The notes under the pieces are model-generated. The model saw only the letters and a list, made by a program, of their open reading frames with translations. It had not been told where the DNA came from and did no database searches. Positions 40,944-52,503 of a stretch of DNA of 64,000 bases are shown one piece after another. Each line of letters starts with the position of its first letter. Position 1 is the stretch's first letter. The stretch comes from Clostridia bacterium (GTDB lineage Bacteria; Bacillota; Clostridia; JAAYHZ01). Location of the stretch: assembly GCA_050950825.1 (NCBI GenBank), contig JBMNIH010000004.1, forward strand, positions 1 through 64,000, given 5' to 3'. The translations under genes were made by a program, and so were the position numbers.

Positions 40944-41825
40944 ATGGAGATTGTTAAGAGAAGATACCGCCTGCTTTCGGATTTTTCACAGGTTCACGGG
41001 TTTTTAGCGGATATTTACACCTTAGATACTTTAAACAGCTATTTATTACCGCCGTTTTTCGAATACGCCCATACGCATCCGTTCTTCAACCATAAGCTTA
41101 CCCATCGGTTCGGAGTATGGGAGGAAAAGGGCAAAATTATCGGCATTGCGTGCTATGAAATGGATATCGGGGAAAGCTTTCTTGTGACGGATAAGGAACA
41201 TACCTTTCTGTTACCCGAAATGCTTGATCATGCGGAAGAAGAATTGTCGGTTCTTAAAAACGGCAAGCACACCCTTTCCGTGTGGGTAACCGATAAAGAA
41301 ACCGTAAAGATCGATCTGTTGACTCGAAGGGGATATAAAAAGGTGCATAGCGAGCCGATACGCATTTTCTCCTACGATAAGCCTTTTCCTGACGTGAAGC
41401 TTCCCGAAGGCTTTACCGCTATTTCTTTGGATGATGAAAATGATTATAAAAAGATTAACGACTGCTTATGGAAGGGATTTGACCACGGGGACGAGCCGGA
41501 CGACGATATCGACAGTCGGATCCTTATGCAAAGCGGACCTCATTTCCGAAAGGACTTGACAACCGTTATCAAAGCTCCGAACGGAGAATACGCTTGTTTT
41601 GCAGGAATGTGGTTTGATGAAAAAAACAACTACGCTTATCTTGAGCCTTTGGCAACGGTGCCAAAATACCGCCGCCTCGGTCTTGCAGTGTATGCTCTTT
41701 GCGAGGGAATGAAGAAAACAAAAGCCCTCGGCGCAGCCTATTGCTTCGGCGGTGTTCATCCGTTTTATACGGCCATCGGCTTTGAGACCATCGCGAATAG
41801 GGAGATATGGAAAAAGGAACGTTAG
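40944..41825 (+). CDS. GNAT acetyltransferase (two-domain)
   Basis: YLEPLATVPKYRRLGLA..Y.AIGF. Confidence 0.88.
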   Translation: MEIVKRRYRLLSDFSQVHGFLADIYTLDTLNSYLLPPFFEYAHTHPFFNHKLTHRFGVWEEKGKIIGIACYEMDIGESFLVTDKEHTFLLPEMLDHAEEELSVLKNGKHTLSVWVTDKETVKIDLLTRRGYKKVHSEPIRIFSYDKPFPDVKLPEGFTAISLDDENDYKKINDCLWKGFDHGDEPDDDIDSRILMQSGPHFRKDLTTVIKAPNGEYACFAGMWFDEKNNYAYLEPLATVPKYRRLGLAVYALCEGMKKTKALGAAYCFGGVHPFYTAIGFETIANREIWKKER

Positions 41826-41841
41826 ATATACACAAATTAAA

Positions 41842-42888
41842 CTATCCTTTAATCTTCGCCGAAAAGGATATCGGGATTGCTTCGATATCCTTACTTTTGC
41901 CGAATATTTCTTTCAGCATATCGATTTGGTCTTGAGAAAAGTCGTAATCTTTTTCTTTTAAGTATCGCTCCATTTCTCCGGGATCTTTAAGAAAGGTGAG
42001 TGCGAGTCGGTAGTTTCCTTTCTCCAAATCGAGATATGTACTGAAGGTGCACCATTCACAGATATTTTGATATATTTTAATTCCCTTGCTGTCATAGACT
42101 TGAATATCCGTAAGCATGCCTTCGGCATCCAGCCTTACGTTCAGGTTATAGGATTTGCTTTTCTCCACATCGAATGCCATTTCCCATTCCTTTTTATTTT
42201 CCCGGATATTCATCGTAAAGGATGTTTCGAACACGATTTTAGGAAAAAGCAATATCGAAGCGAAAAACACGGCGATACCCAAAAAGAGGACAAGAAATAC
42301 AAGAGCTACGGCTTGCCGTTTCGAAAACCTTGTTTTTTCGACTTTCGAAATGGATTTTAAGTATTCTTTGATTTTCAAAAGCATTCCCTTCTTAAGTGCC
42401 GCGAAGACTATGAGGAGTATGACTAAAAGGGCAATAAAGGATACGAAAAGGGGATGAAGCTTTGAAACATCTAAAAAGCGGGTTACGTCGTCTCCGGCGG
42501 GAGGTGCGGTAAACAAGGATATTACGGGTATTGCAACCCAAGCGATTAGCGATCCGATGATGGAGACGGTAAAGACCGCGTATAGGTAATGATAAACAGT
42601 GCTTTTTATGTTTCGGTTGTAGAATAAAAGAGCAACAGCCAAAACCATTACGGGAAGCAATGCGCCGCCTAAATGAAAAAGAGATTCTCCGAAAGGCGTA
42701 AAGCTTGCTCCCGATGTTCCGACATGAGCATTGAACCCCAATACGAAACGGTCAATTTTCCCGCCGTACATCATGGCAACAAGCGCATGGCCGCCTTCGT
42801 GCAGCAAGGTGTATAAATAGACAAACGATAAAAATATAAAAAGTACAAAAACCGTTATAACCAAGATTCTTTTAGAATTCGTGTTCAT
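41842..42888 (-). CDS. M50 family membrane metallopeptidase with C-terminal soluble domain
   Basis: LLHEGGH within a TM, GG, downstream GDD. Confidence 0.8.
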   Translation of the reverse strand: MNTNSKRILVITVFVLFIFLSFVYLYTLLHEGGHALVAMMYGGKIDRFVLGFNAHVGTSGASFTPFGESLFHLGGALLPVMVLAVALLFYNRNIKSTVYHYLYAVFTVSIIGSLIAWVAIPVISLFTAPPAGDDVTRFLDVSKLHPLFVSFIALLVILLIVFAALKKGMLLKIKEYLKSISKVEKTRFSKRQAVALVFLVLFLGIAVFFASILLFPKIVFETSFTMNIRENKKEWEMAFDVEKSKSYNLNVRLDAEGMLTDIQVYDSKGIKIYQNICEWCTFSTYLDLEKGNYRLALTFLKDPGEMERYLKEKDYDFSQDQIDMLKEIFGKSKDIEAIPISFSAKIKG

Positions 42889-43157
42889 ACAAGCTTCCTT
42901 CGTTTTTTATACCGAACCATTATATCATTATTTAAAAAAATAAAGAACCGATTCATCAATCAAAAATTTACCTAAATACTTGAAAAACAGTTTTTACTTA
43001 AAACTTTTGCATTTAAATGCTAAACTATAGGAGGATATTGCCTCAATCGGTTCATCTTCACAAAGGACCGGTTATTCATCATTTGCATTCTGAGTAGGCG
43101 TAAAGGGATTTTTGTAGACATCCAAAAAATCATGGATGACGTTGAAAGAAGGATGTA

Positions 43158-44274
43158 ATGGGTACATTATTTAATTTTCTTTGGAATAAAGGGAAAAATT
43201 ATTCAGAGCTTGCATCTCGTAACCGGAAGGCTATTGCCGAGTATAACGAAAGACTGCTGTCGGCTATAACGTTGATAGGGGGATTTTTATTGCTGCTCCC
43301 CGCTTTCACTTTATATTTCAGCAACGTTGAAAAAGACATATTGGTGTATTTGATCATTTCTTTTTTTACTCTTTACGCTATGCGTTTTTTCACGGATGTC
43401 TTTCGTGAAAAAGTATTCTCTTATCATGCTATATATTTGTTTTTCTCTTCTTTTTATCCTTACCATTTATCTCAGCGTCGTTATCTCTCCCCACATGCGA
43501 GCGACGGCTTTGCCGGGAGCTTTTTGTATTACGCCCCTTGCCTTCATTGACCGACCGATACGAGTCAATCTGTTTGTTATCTTCCGGTTTATCGTTCATA
43601 CCGTCCTTGCTTTTCTTCTGAAGCCTCTATATGTTCTTGACGATACTGTCAACGGCATATGCTTTACCACGCCGGGCTGCTATATCGGAAACATCATGAT
43701 ATGGGTTCGGCTTGAGGGTTACGAGGCGCAACGGCTATTGACCATTGAAAAAGAAACGGATGTTGTAACCGGCCTTTACAACCGCCGTAAGCTGTTTGAA
43801 ACCTTAGCGGATTTGGAAAAGAAAAACGGTTCCGCGGAGAAACCGTCCGGTGTCCTCATGATCGATATTGATCGTTTCAAAAGCTATAACGACAGCTTCG
43901 GCCATGCCGAAGGTGACAAATGCCTAAGCTATTTGGGCGAAGTATTTCGAACCTTTGCACGGGATTTTCATGTTGATTTTTATCGCTACGGCGGAGAAGA
44001 GTTCGTCGCTTTCATATACGGATGCAGCGAAGAGAAATTGCCTAAAATTGCGGAGAAGCTTCGATTGGCCGTACAGAACGCGGATATTTGCGGTCATTCG
44101 ATTACCGTCAGCATCGGCGCTACATACTGCGGCAACGAGCAGGTTCGAAATTATGAGCATATTATCGATCGAGCGGATCGAGCCGTTTATGCCGCAAAAG
44201 GGGCAGGGCGAAACCGGGTGTGCCAAGAGAAAACAAACGAGATATTCGAGCAAAAAGATCCTTCTTTCTCTTAG
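43158..44274 (+). pseudogene. Membrane GGDEF diguanylate cyclase, frameshifted near 43390
   Basis: D.VTGLYNRR, DIDRFK.YND.FGH..GD, RYGGEEF; TM region split across two frames. Confidence 0.8.
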
Positions 44275-44286
44275 GAAAAGAAGGGT

Positions 44287-45120
44287 TTATGCATAACATC
44301 GATACCAAAGCTCGGCGGCTCCTAATCTTGCCACCACGCCTTTTCGGATTCCTTCTTCCTCGTACTTGCCGACGATGGATCCTTCCAAAATGCCGTTTGC
44401 AAGGTCCAAGTAATCTTTGACGATTCCTTTGTCGATAAGTCCTCCGTCGTGACCGATGGCAAGGTGATCGAACTCGTCCTTTCGAGCCCATATTTTTTCG
44501 ATACTGTCTCTGTAATTTGCAAGGTCTTTTTCCGTACCCTCCGGCTTGTCAATGATAATGATTCCCCTATTCACCGTATCTCCGCTAAAGAGTATGCGGC
44601 CGCTCTTGTCCAAATAGCATACGGACCCAAGGGAGTGTCCGGGTGTATGTATGGCTTCGAGAATGCGTCCTCCTAAATCCCAAGTATCGCCGTCTTTTAA
44701 GGGTATATAGCGAAAGAAAGGATGTTTTTGGTCCGATACCATGGCCTTTAACATTTCGGCATGGCCTTCTCCCGGAAATCGAACCGGAACACGGGTTTCT
44801 ATGTACCATTTAATCATTTCCGCTTTGTAATAATGTTCCCGGGCAATCGCTTCGTCGGCGGGGTGCATATGGCATCTGTCCAATGAAAACATACCGCCGC
44901 AGTGATCCAAATGCCCGTGGGTAAGAAAGACTTCGATCGGAAAATCCGTAATCTCTCTAACTTCATCAAGAACATTCCCGATACCGCATCCGGTATCGAT
45001 CAGTGCCGCCTTGCTATCGCCTGCAATAAGGAAATAATTGTCCAAATAATAGTCGCTGATAAGCCAAGTACGATCTTTCAATAGGGTGACTTCTTTTTTT
45101 ACGGTTTTATTATCTTTCAT
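44287..45120 (-). CDS. MBL-fold metallo-hydrolase
   Basis: THGHLDH, TPGHS, SGD, GH. Confidence 0.9.
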   Translation of the reverse strand: MKDNKTVKKEVTLLKDRTWLISDYYLDNYFLIAGDSKAALIDTGCGIGNVLDEVREITDFPIEVFLTHGHLDHCGGMFSLDRCHMHPADEAIAREHYYKAEMIKWYIETRVPVRFPGEGHAEMLKAMVSDQKHPFFRYIPLKDGDTWDLGGRILEAIHTPGHSLGSVCYLDKSGRILFSGDTVNRGIIIIDKPEGTEKDLANYRDSIEKIWARKDEFDHLAIGHDGGLIDKGIVKDYLDLANGILEGSIVGKYEEEGIRKGVVARLGAAELWYRCYA

Positions 45121-45143
45121 TTTCTTAACCTTTCTTTGAAACG

Positions 45144-45190
45144 GATCCGCCGGTCATTGAGTACAAGGGGTTCTTTAAGACCGGCGGATC
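45144..45190. repeat. Intercistronic 12-bp inverted repeat
   Basis: GATCCGCCGGTC / GACCGGCGGATC between the MFS and MBL genes. Confidence 0.6.
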
Positions 45191-45210
45191 AGGTAGTAAT
45201 GAGTTATGAG

Positions 45211-46644
45211 TTATTTGTCAAAGCTTTCTTCCAATTTTTCGCTTTGCTTGTTTACATACGCACTGATTTCTTTCATCTTCTCATCGTTCATATTGTAGAT
45301 GACGAAGAAGCAAATGAAGATGAGTATGCATCCTATAGTAGGAAGAATGCCTGCCATTGTTTTAATGTTGTTGGCAACGTTTGCGGCCTGCATGGAGCCT
45401 AAGCTTGCATCGTATCCTACCGCATCGAGCAGTACCGCGATCAAGGAGGTGCTCAAGCTGGATATGAAGAATACGAGGAATGTGATGGTTGCATATACGG
45501 TACCGTCGTTTCGGGCTCCCGACAAATAGGCTTGGTAGTCAACGGCATCGGCTATTAAGGACCATACCAACAGGCTGAAGAATCCGGTAAAGAAGGAGGC
45601 TACCAATTGAATGATGATCCATGCACCGGCTGAAACCGGGAATATGGCCAGTACGGCATAGAGGATTGCCGCTATAACAAAGGGGACGGTGATCATCTTT
45701 TTCTTGCCGAAGAGCTTCACCAAGGGTTTTAAGCAAATCATGGCCAAAACCATGGGAACCAAGGTACCCAGACCGATAGCTGCCAATTTTCCGGTATCTT
45801 GGAAATAGGTCATGAATACGTATTGGTTTGTTAGACCTGTTGTTTGCAAGAAGAATTTAGCGACTATGTAAGCGACCACAACGGCGATCATGGGTCTGTT
45901 CTTTGCAAAGGTCTTTATCACTTTCAGGTAATCGATCTTTTCTTTTTCTTCCGCATTTTCTTTGGATATGGACACTACGATTCTTTCTCGGCAGAGCTTA
46001 TGGGTCACGGCTAAACATATAACGGTAAATACCGAAAGAATTAATGCCAAGTGAATAAACCTTCCCGCCACGGGGTTGTTCATGGCGTCAAAAAGGATTA
46101 AAGGAGCAATGGTGGTGGTGATAATGTTGGCGCCTAAGGAGCCTACGCTACGGGCATTGGAAAGCTCCGTTCTTTCCATTTGGTTGGATGTCATGGAATT
46201 GACCATGGCGCCGTAGGGAACGTTGATAAAGGTTCCGACAACACCCCAAATGAAGTATATTCCTACACAGTAGACGATCTTGAACCAATAAGGTGTCGCG
46301 CTGATGTTGGCGAACAGTATAATGGTGGAGATGGCATAGGGTATGGCAAACCACCATATGAAGGGCTTGAACTTTCCGTGCTTGGATCCCGGCCTTAAGT
46401 CCACTACACGCCCGATGAAAGTATCGTTTAGGGCATCCAATGCCTTGCAGATAAAGATGATGATAGAGAAATGGATGGCTTCAATTCCAATAATATTGAC
46501 GCAGAATAACATTAAGTAGGTGTTTACAAGTACTTGTAAACTGTTAAATCCAAGGTCTCCTAAAAAGTATCCGACCTTATCCTTGATACCGAAGGATTCG
46601 GCATTTCGAACGCTATTCACATATGCCGCTTCTGAACTTTTCAT
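45211..46644 (-). CDS. GPH-family (MelB-like) sugar:cation symporter
   Basis: GYFLGDLG, DALND..IG..VD, GKFKPF, NVPYGAM, ER..L, D.VDY. Confidence 0.9.
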   Translation of the reverse strand: MKSSEAAYVNSVRNAESFGIKDKVGYFLGDLGFNSLQVLVNTYLMLFCVNIIGIEAIHFSIIIFICKALDALNDTFIGRVVDLRPGSKHGKFKPFIWWFAIPYAISTIILFANISATPYWFKIVYCVGIYFIWGVVGTFINVPYGAMVNSMTSNQMERTELSNARSVGSLGANIITTTIAPLILFDAMNNPVAGRFIHLALILSVFTVICLAVTHKLCRERIVVSISKENAEEKEKIDYLKVIKTFAKNRPMIAVVVAYIVAKFFLQTTGLTNQYVFMTYFQDTGKLAAIGLGTLVPMVLAMICLKPLVKLFGKKKMITVPFVIAAILYAVLAIFPVSAGAWIIIQLVASFFTGFFSLLVWSLIADAVDYQAYLSGARNDGTVYATITFLVFFISSLSTSLIAVLLDAVGYDASLGSMQAANVANNIKTMAGILPTIGCILIFICFFVIYNMNDEKMKEISAYVNKQSEKLEESFDK

Positions 46645-47036
46645 TTTTTTACTCCTCGTATTATTTATTGTTTTTAGTAAGACAAGCTTTCTTGCTTTGT
46701 CGTTCCCGTAAGGATTCCGCTTGATTTGAAATGTTCATCGGATCTGCCGCCGGTGCGTAAGGTAAAATGCAACTATAGGAGGATCATTTGATGCAATCAT
46801 CGTTCATGCTCCTTAAAAAGGAGGCGCAGCCGTAACCGGTTTGCTATTTTCTCCGCTGTTGTGCTGCGCCGTATTTCAAATTGGTTTCGGTTGACGCTTT
46901 ACATGTCCGATCCGGTTAAACATAGGGGGATGAGGGTGGCACGCACTTACGGCAGTATCCGTATGAAATATTTAATGTTCACTCCGGGCTTCGGAGAATA
47001 GGGGCTTTTAAAACATGATTGTTATTGGTTTTCAAG

Positions 47037-48110
47037 TTAATATGAATCGGCTAAGAATTGGGCATTGCTTTCGAGTATGATCTTAGGAGTAATGTTGTAC
47101 CGCTTTTTAACTTCATCGCCTTTTAGTACGTGGTTAAACAATATCTTTAACGATTCATAACCGATTCGAAACGGATTTTTGTAGATAAGGGCATCGATAA
47201 CTCCGCATTGAAGCATTTTTATGTTTTCATCAAAGACTTCGCTTCCGATTACCGTTATTTTCTCTTGCAAATTCAGCTCATAAACGGCTTTTGCCACGGG
47301 AACGGTGTTTCGTGCCGATGTACAATAAATGCCGACGATACTTTTGTCCTTTTCCAATCGGTCCTTCATATAGTCGTAAAGGAGGTTGTCTTTGTATGAG
47401 ATTTGAATTCTCTCCGTTATCAAATCGCTTCGTTTTCTTTGGATCGTTTCTTCAAAACCGCCGCTGTTTTCATCGATACTAAGACCCGGTTCCTGAACCG
47501 TAATATCGTTGTCCGCGATTAGGACCTTGCCCGTTTTGTGCACCCATTTGCTCATTAGCTCACCGGATAATTTGCCGGAAAGCTCATCGTTAGGCTTTAC
47601 GCAAGTGAGTCTTTCTACATCCGACAAATCCTTGTCTAGCAGCACCATGGGAATGCCTCTTCCCGTAAAACGGTTTAAAAGGTTTATAATGGATCGGGAA
47701 CGTATCGGATAGATCAGCATGCCGTCTACCTTTATATTCCGATCGTTAAAAATGTTCTCCAGCAGGGAGGACAACGCCTCGGTGTTGTAATCATAGAAGT
47801 ATTCGGTAAAAGTGATGTTGAATCGGCTGATTTCTTCTTTGTATTGAAGATAACCGTTGTAAATCGATTCGGCGAAGTACTTCCAGGTTTCGTCTCTTTT
47901 TGGGAAAACAAACAGGATATTCGTTGCCTTTTTACTCAAAGAGGAGGCCGCGTAATTGACGGTATAGCCTAATTCCTTTGATATATCCAAAATGCGTTGA
48001 CGCAGCTCGTCTCCCACACCTTCTTTGTTATTCAACACCCTGTACACCGTTGTAACCGATGTACCTGCCCGCTGCGCTATGTCTTTTAAAGTAGCGTTCT
48101 TTTCTTCCAT
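47037..48110 (-). CDS. LacI family regulator
   Basis: TLKDIAQRAGTSVTTVYRVLN plus sugar-binding domain. Confidence 0.92.
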   Translation of the reverse strand: MEEKNATLKDIAQRAGTSVTTVYRVLNNKEGVGDELRQRILDISKELGYTVNYAASSLSKKATNILFVFPKRDETWKYFAESIYNGYLQYKEEISRFNITFTEYFYDYNTEALSSLLENIFNDRNIKVDGMLIYPIRSRSIINLLNRFTGRGIPMVLLDKDLSDVERLTCVKPNDELSGKLSGELMSKWVHKTGKVLIADNDITVQEPGLSIDENSGGFEETIQRKRSDLITERIQISYKDNLLYDYMKDRLEKDKSIVGIYCTSARNTVPVAKAVYELNLQEKITVIGSEVFDENIKMLQCGVIDALIYKNPFRIGYESLKILFNHVLKGDEVKKRYNITPKIILESNAQFLADSY

Positions 48111-48129
48111 TCCACAACCCGTCCTTTCC

Positions 48130-48165
48130 GAAAATGTTTTCGTAAAGGTTTAAGTAAACGTTTAC
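48130..48165. promoter_or_regulatory. Three abutting LacI-type operator 12-mers
   Basis: GAAAATGTTTTC / GTAAAGGTTTAA / GTAAACGTTTAC directly upstream of lacI. Confidence 0.6.
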
Positions 48166-48304
48166 GTAACAAGTAGAAATATTATTTTCGCGATTGTCAA
48201 CACGAAATAATAAAAAAATGAAATTTTTTTAAGACAACAAGCGGAAATACGAAAGGTCTTTGATCTTATCTGTACTTACCTTATGCCGGAGAGTCGGGTG
48301 ATAA

Positions 48305-48913
48305 TTACCTCCTCAATTTTTGCATAATGAGATCTATGATATATTTTCCGTCCTCAGGGTTTTTGGTGTGTAAAAAATTGTTTATTGCATTAACGTCTCC
48401 GCTATAAAACTTACCATATATATTGATCCGATTTTTAATAATCTCGTCAAAAGCACTATCGTTTTCTCGTAAACTATTTATTGTTTCTCTCATAATCTGT
48501 TCATTTCGGTATCGATCCGTAATTCCGCTGTCCTTAACTTGAGCTAAAAGATATTCGTCCATAAATTCACCCCAAAGGCTAAAGTCATGAGCAAGCTTCG
48601 GTTCGATGAACGGATTTTCAAACTTTAACGACATTTGCGAAACGATTTCTTTAACTTCTTCCATTCGCATCGTAAAATTATCAACAATATTTCCTCTGTT
48701 TGAAGGAGGATAAGGATAGAAGACGGATATTTCCCGATATTGATCTCAAGGAATGGGTTCTATAATTTGCGATGGGGTTGATGAGGTGATTGATTCAAAA
48801 ATCGAATCGGTTTCCTTTTGTTTGTCCTTGTTCAATGATGAACAGATGCATATGATAACAATATCAACACGGTTAACAGTACACAACATATCCGAATCAT
48901 TCTTTTCAATACG
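48305..48913 (-). pseudogene. Disrupted exported hypothetical protein
   Basis: Track ORF 48305-48670 extends upstream through an in-frame TGA towards a signal-peptide-like segment in another frame. Confidence 0.4.
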
Positions 48914-49305
48914 AACACTCCGCTTTCTTTTTCATTTATCGCTTTCGTCAGCGTTGTTATTCTATATATTGTCAATCCGAGAAACCTTATCTATTATATT
49001 ATAATTTCATCATAAAGATCCGGTTAATAAAAACGAGCGGATTGAAAAAAAGAAAAAGCTATAGTGAATTATTATAGATTTTCTGTACCTATCCTAAACG
49101 CATATTTTCCGGTATACTTTATCCTATACCGTCTTAGTCTTTCCTTTCCGCCTGTATAAAAAATCTTCTCCGATATATTTATACAGGAAAACACGATTAA
49201 GGCGGTTTTTTTATTATGTTACGATCGGTAAAGTTCATGATATATTTAATTTATCGGCAGCATCCGGTCCGAGAATAGGGTATTTTAATAGGGGAGAGAG
49301 TTGCC

Positions 49306-50067
49306 ATGAGTATGCTTGATGAAAAAATTGCGAAATCCTTGACCGCCGAGTCCGTGGAGTTGATTCCATACATTCCGTATTTGCTCCAAGATTTATGGGA
49401 GTTAGGTTCCTCGCCGAAGGATATGTTGGGATTAGTAAAAAAGAATATAGCTGTAACAAAAGAAACGAAGGTCCTTGATTTGGCCTGCGGCAAAGGTGCG
49501 GTAAGCGTATATATCGCCAAGGAGCTTGGTTGCAAAGTAAAAGGAATCGACATTATCCCCGAGTTTATCGATTTTGCCGTATCGAAGGCAAAGGAATTCG
49601 GCGTCAATCGCCTATGCGATTTTATCGTTCAAGACATTAACGAGTCGGTAAAGAAGGAAAAGGATTACGATATCGTCATATACGGAGCCGTCGGAAATGT
49701 TTTGGGAGATTGGTATGAAACCATAAGCCTTCTTAAAAATACGGTAAAAGAAGGCGGCTTTATCATCATAGACGATGCCTACGGTAAGAATGAAGCCGAT
49801 GATAAATATCTTTCCAAAGATAAGTGGCTTCGATTGTTGGCGGATGGGGGAGTTGTGCTTATTGACGAGATCCTTTCTACCGATGACGAATTGGCCGGTA
49901 TAAACGACATGCAGATGGAGAGCATCGAGAAAAGAGCGAATGAACTAAAAAAGAAATTCCCTGAAAAAGCTTGGCTGTTTGATAGCTATATAAAAAGCCG
50001 GCAAGCGGAATGCGATGAGATCGAGGAGGACTTGATGCCGGTTACCATGCTGCTTCAGGTACGGTAG
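49306..50067 (+). CDS. Class I SAM-dependent methyltransferase
   Basis: VLDLACGKG, GIDI. Confidence 0.88.
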   Translation: MSMLDEKIAKSLTAESVELIPYIPYLLQDLWELGSSPKDMLGLVKKNIAVTKETKVLDLACGKGAVSVYIAKELGCKVKGIDIIPEFIDFAVSKAKEFGVNRLCDFIVQDINESVKKEKDYDIVIYGAVGNVLGDWYETISLLKNTVKEGGFIIIDDAYGKNEADDKYLSKDKWLRLLADGGVVLIDEILSTDDELAGINDMQMESIEKRANELKKKFPEKAWLFDSYIKSRQAECDEIEEDLMPVTMLLQVR

Positions 50068-50161
50068 CGAGGCTAAAGAAGGCAGGCTTTTCGAAACCGG
50101 ATACCTTTGAGTATAATGGGTTTAGCGTAAAAGAGGAGAGACTTTTTGAAAGGCTTAATGT

Positions 50162-50860
50162 ATGGATAAAGATTACCAAGAGTTAAAGGCGTGGCTGGAA
50201 AGTACAAATGATCAGCCGCTTGAAACCATGGCGGGTTTTTTTGAGGCTCGTATTGACACCTATGAAGAACACATGTCGCGTTGGAAAGAGCATTACAGGT
50301 GGATGGCGGATTTGCTGCCGGAATCTTTGGAAAGTCTTTTGGACATCGGATGCGGAACCGGCCTTGAGCTGGATTTCATCTATTCCCGCTTTCCGAATGT
50401 AAAAGTCACGGGTGTGGACTTGTCCAAAGAGATGCTGCAAAGGCTCTATGAAAAGCACAAGGACAAGCATCCGGTCCTTGTCTGCGAAGATTATTTTTCC
50501 TGCGATCTTGGAAAAGAGCGTTTTGATGCCGTCGTTGCTTTTGAAACGCTGCATCATTTTAAGGCCGAAAAGAAGGAAAAGCTGTTTCGGAAAATCTACG
50601 ATAGTTTAAAGCCGGGCGGCATTTTTTTGGAATGCGACTATATTGCCGTCTCCCAAGCAATCGAAGACCTGGCGTTTTCCGAATGCAGAAGGCGCCGTAT
50701 CAGGGACGGAATCGAAGAGGATGCTTTTGTTCACTTCGACACTCCGTTAACCTTGGAGCACGAATTGGATGCTATCCGAAAAGGAGGATTTAAAACCGTG
50801 GAGCTTGTCGGGTTTTTACCCGGTGATCATCATACGGCAATGATAAAAGCGATAAAATAG
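50162..50860 (+). CDS. Class I SAM-dependent methyltransferase
   Basis: LLDIGCGTG, GVDLS, LHH, LKPGG. Confidence 0.9.
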   Translation: MDKDYQELKAWLESTNDQPLETMAGFFEARIDTYEEHMSRWKEHYRWMADLLPESLESLLDIGCGTGLELDFIYSRFPNVKVTGVDLSKEMLQRLYEKHKDKHPVLVCEDYFSCDLGKERFDAVVAFETLHHFKAEKKEKLFRKIYDSLKPGGIFLECDYIAVSQAIEDLAFSECRRRRIRDGIEEDAFVHFDTPLTLEHELDAIRKGGFKTVELVGFLPGDHHTAMIKAIK

Positions 50861-50864
50861 GGAA

Positions 50865-51809
50865 ATGGGAATGATTAGTCGTCCGTTGAAAGAGACCATT
50901 CAAGATATGCTTCAAGTATCCGAGTTTGATATCGAAGAAATTCGAGAAGGATTTTCCAAGCAGGTTTATCGGATCAAGACAAAAAAGGACCGATATATCC
51001 TCTATATTTGGCGCCGCCCTTTGGAAAACAAGCTGACGGAAAATCAAACAAAGGGAGCCAAGTATCTGTTTCCTGACGGGTTTAAATATTTCATTCATAA
51101 CACAAAGCTTCTTACGGATATGGGTATTCGCGTACCTGCCATCATTTTTTCCGGTCACCGGGATGAAGAAGATTTTGATTATGCGCTTGTGGAGTGCTTT
51201 GAAGGCCAAAGCTACATGGAATATATGAATAAGGGCGGGGATATTCGCACCGTAGCGGATAAGGTAGAGGTTGTCATGGAAAAAATGGCGTCTTTCAAAA
51301 GGTCCTTCTACGGACCGCCTATGGTTAATATACCTTTTCCCGTTCCTCCGGTGCAGTTGGTTTTTGATTTTTACGCCGAAGAGCTTCGCATTGCGGCAGC
51401 AATCGATTCCGAGATATCTTTTCTGAAGTCCGACCTGATGTATTTAATGGAACGTAAAAAGAATGAAGTTACAGACATGGATAAGGAGGAATATCCCTTG
51501 ATACACGGGGAACTGACGCCGCCTCATGTCTATATTCTCGAAAACGGTGAGATCGGGCTTATCGATATCGAAGGAATCAAATACTTTGATATCGAATACG
51601 ACCGGGCGGTTATACACCTTGCGTACGGCGATGCCATACCCGTACCGAAATATATATGCAAAGAAAAGCTCGAGTTTTATACGTTATGTTTAAAAATCGG
51701 ACACCTTTCCGTTGCCGCGGATTATCTAGCGCATGTGGACAAGAATCACCCTTGGTTTCAAAATGTCCGTGAAAGCTGCTTAAACGAGCTTGCATTAAAG
51801 GTACGATAG
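50865..51809 (+). CDS. Aminoglycoside phosphotransferase/choline kinase-like protein
   Basis: EGFSKQVY, LIHGELTPPHV, LIDIEG (variant Brenner motif). Confidence 0.8.
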   Translation: MGMISRPLKETIQDMLQVSEFDIEEIREGFSKQVYRIKTKKDRYILYIWRRPLENKLTENQTKGAKYLFPDGFKYFIHNTKLLTDMGIRVPAIIFSGHRDEEDFDYALVECFEGQSYMEYMNKGGDIRTVADKVEVVMEKMASFKRSFYGPPMVNIPFPVPPVQLVFDFYAEELRIAAAIDSEISFLKSDLMYLMERKKNEVTDMDKEEYPLIHGELTPPHVYILENGEIGLIDIEGIKYFDIEYDRAVIHLAYGDAIPVPKYICKEKLEFYTLCLKIGHLSVAADYLAHVDKNHPWFQNVRESCLNELALKVR

Positions 51810-51818
51810 ACGGAGGAA

Positions 51819-52430
51819 GTGAATATGAATATCGAGATTAAAAAATTGTCACCCGAGCTTACGGAAGATTATGTGCGCTTTTTTGATGTGACACCCCATT
51901 CCGAAAAACCGGATGCCGATGAATACAAATGCTATTGCGTATGGTGGTGCAGTGAAGACCATGATGTAAAAAATATCGATTATTTGTTATCGAAAGAAAA
52001 AAGAAGAAATTATGCAATACAAAAAATAAAGGAGAATAAAATACAAGGTTACCTTGCATATCACGAAGGCAAGGTTGTAGGATGGTGCAATGCCAATGCG
52101 AAGGCGGATTGCCTACAATGCTACTGCTGGCGGCGATTTATGAATAGCGTATCTACCGAAGAGCTTGCCATGGGTATCCGTGTAAAATCCGTATTCTGCT
52201 TTTTGATTGCCCCGGAGTATCGAAGAAAAGGAATCACAAAGCTATTATTGGACCGTGTCTGTCAAGATGCGGTAAAAGACGGCTTCGATTATATCGAGGC
52301 TTATCCTCAAAAAGAGTTTATTAATGAAGCCAAGGATTTTACGGGCCCTGTCCAATTGTTTATGAAAAACGGTTTCACCGTACACGGGGAAACGGAAGAC
52401 AAATACGTTATGAGAAAATCGTTAAAATGA
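51819..52430 (+). CDS. GNAT acetyltransferase
   Basis: CYCVWW, VGWC, CFLIAPEYRRKGI, EAYP. Confidence 0.88.
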   Translation: MNMNIEIKKLSPELTEDYVRFFDVTPHSEKPDADEYKCYCVWWCSEDHDVKNIDYLLSKEKRRNYAIQKIKENKIQGYLAYHEGKVVGWCNANAKADCLQCYCWRRFMNSVSTEELAMGIRVKSVFCFLIAPEYRRKGITKLLLDRVCQDAVKDGFDYIEAYPQKEFINEAKDFTGPVQLFMKNGFTVHGETEDKYVMRKSLK

Positions 52431-52503
52431 AAGGCTTTTTACGGCATTACGAGAACAGGCTGCAAAAATATGAGACGGATTTTACAAGGATAATCGGATC
52501 GAA

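Noticed and set aside
43023-46784. Identical 14-mer AACTATAGGAGGAT at 43023 and 46771
   Set aside because: A few 14-mer matches are expected by chance in 64 kb, it includes an SD-like core, and the contexts differ.
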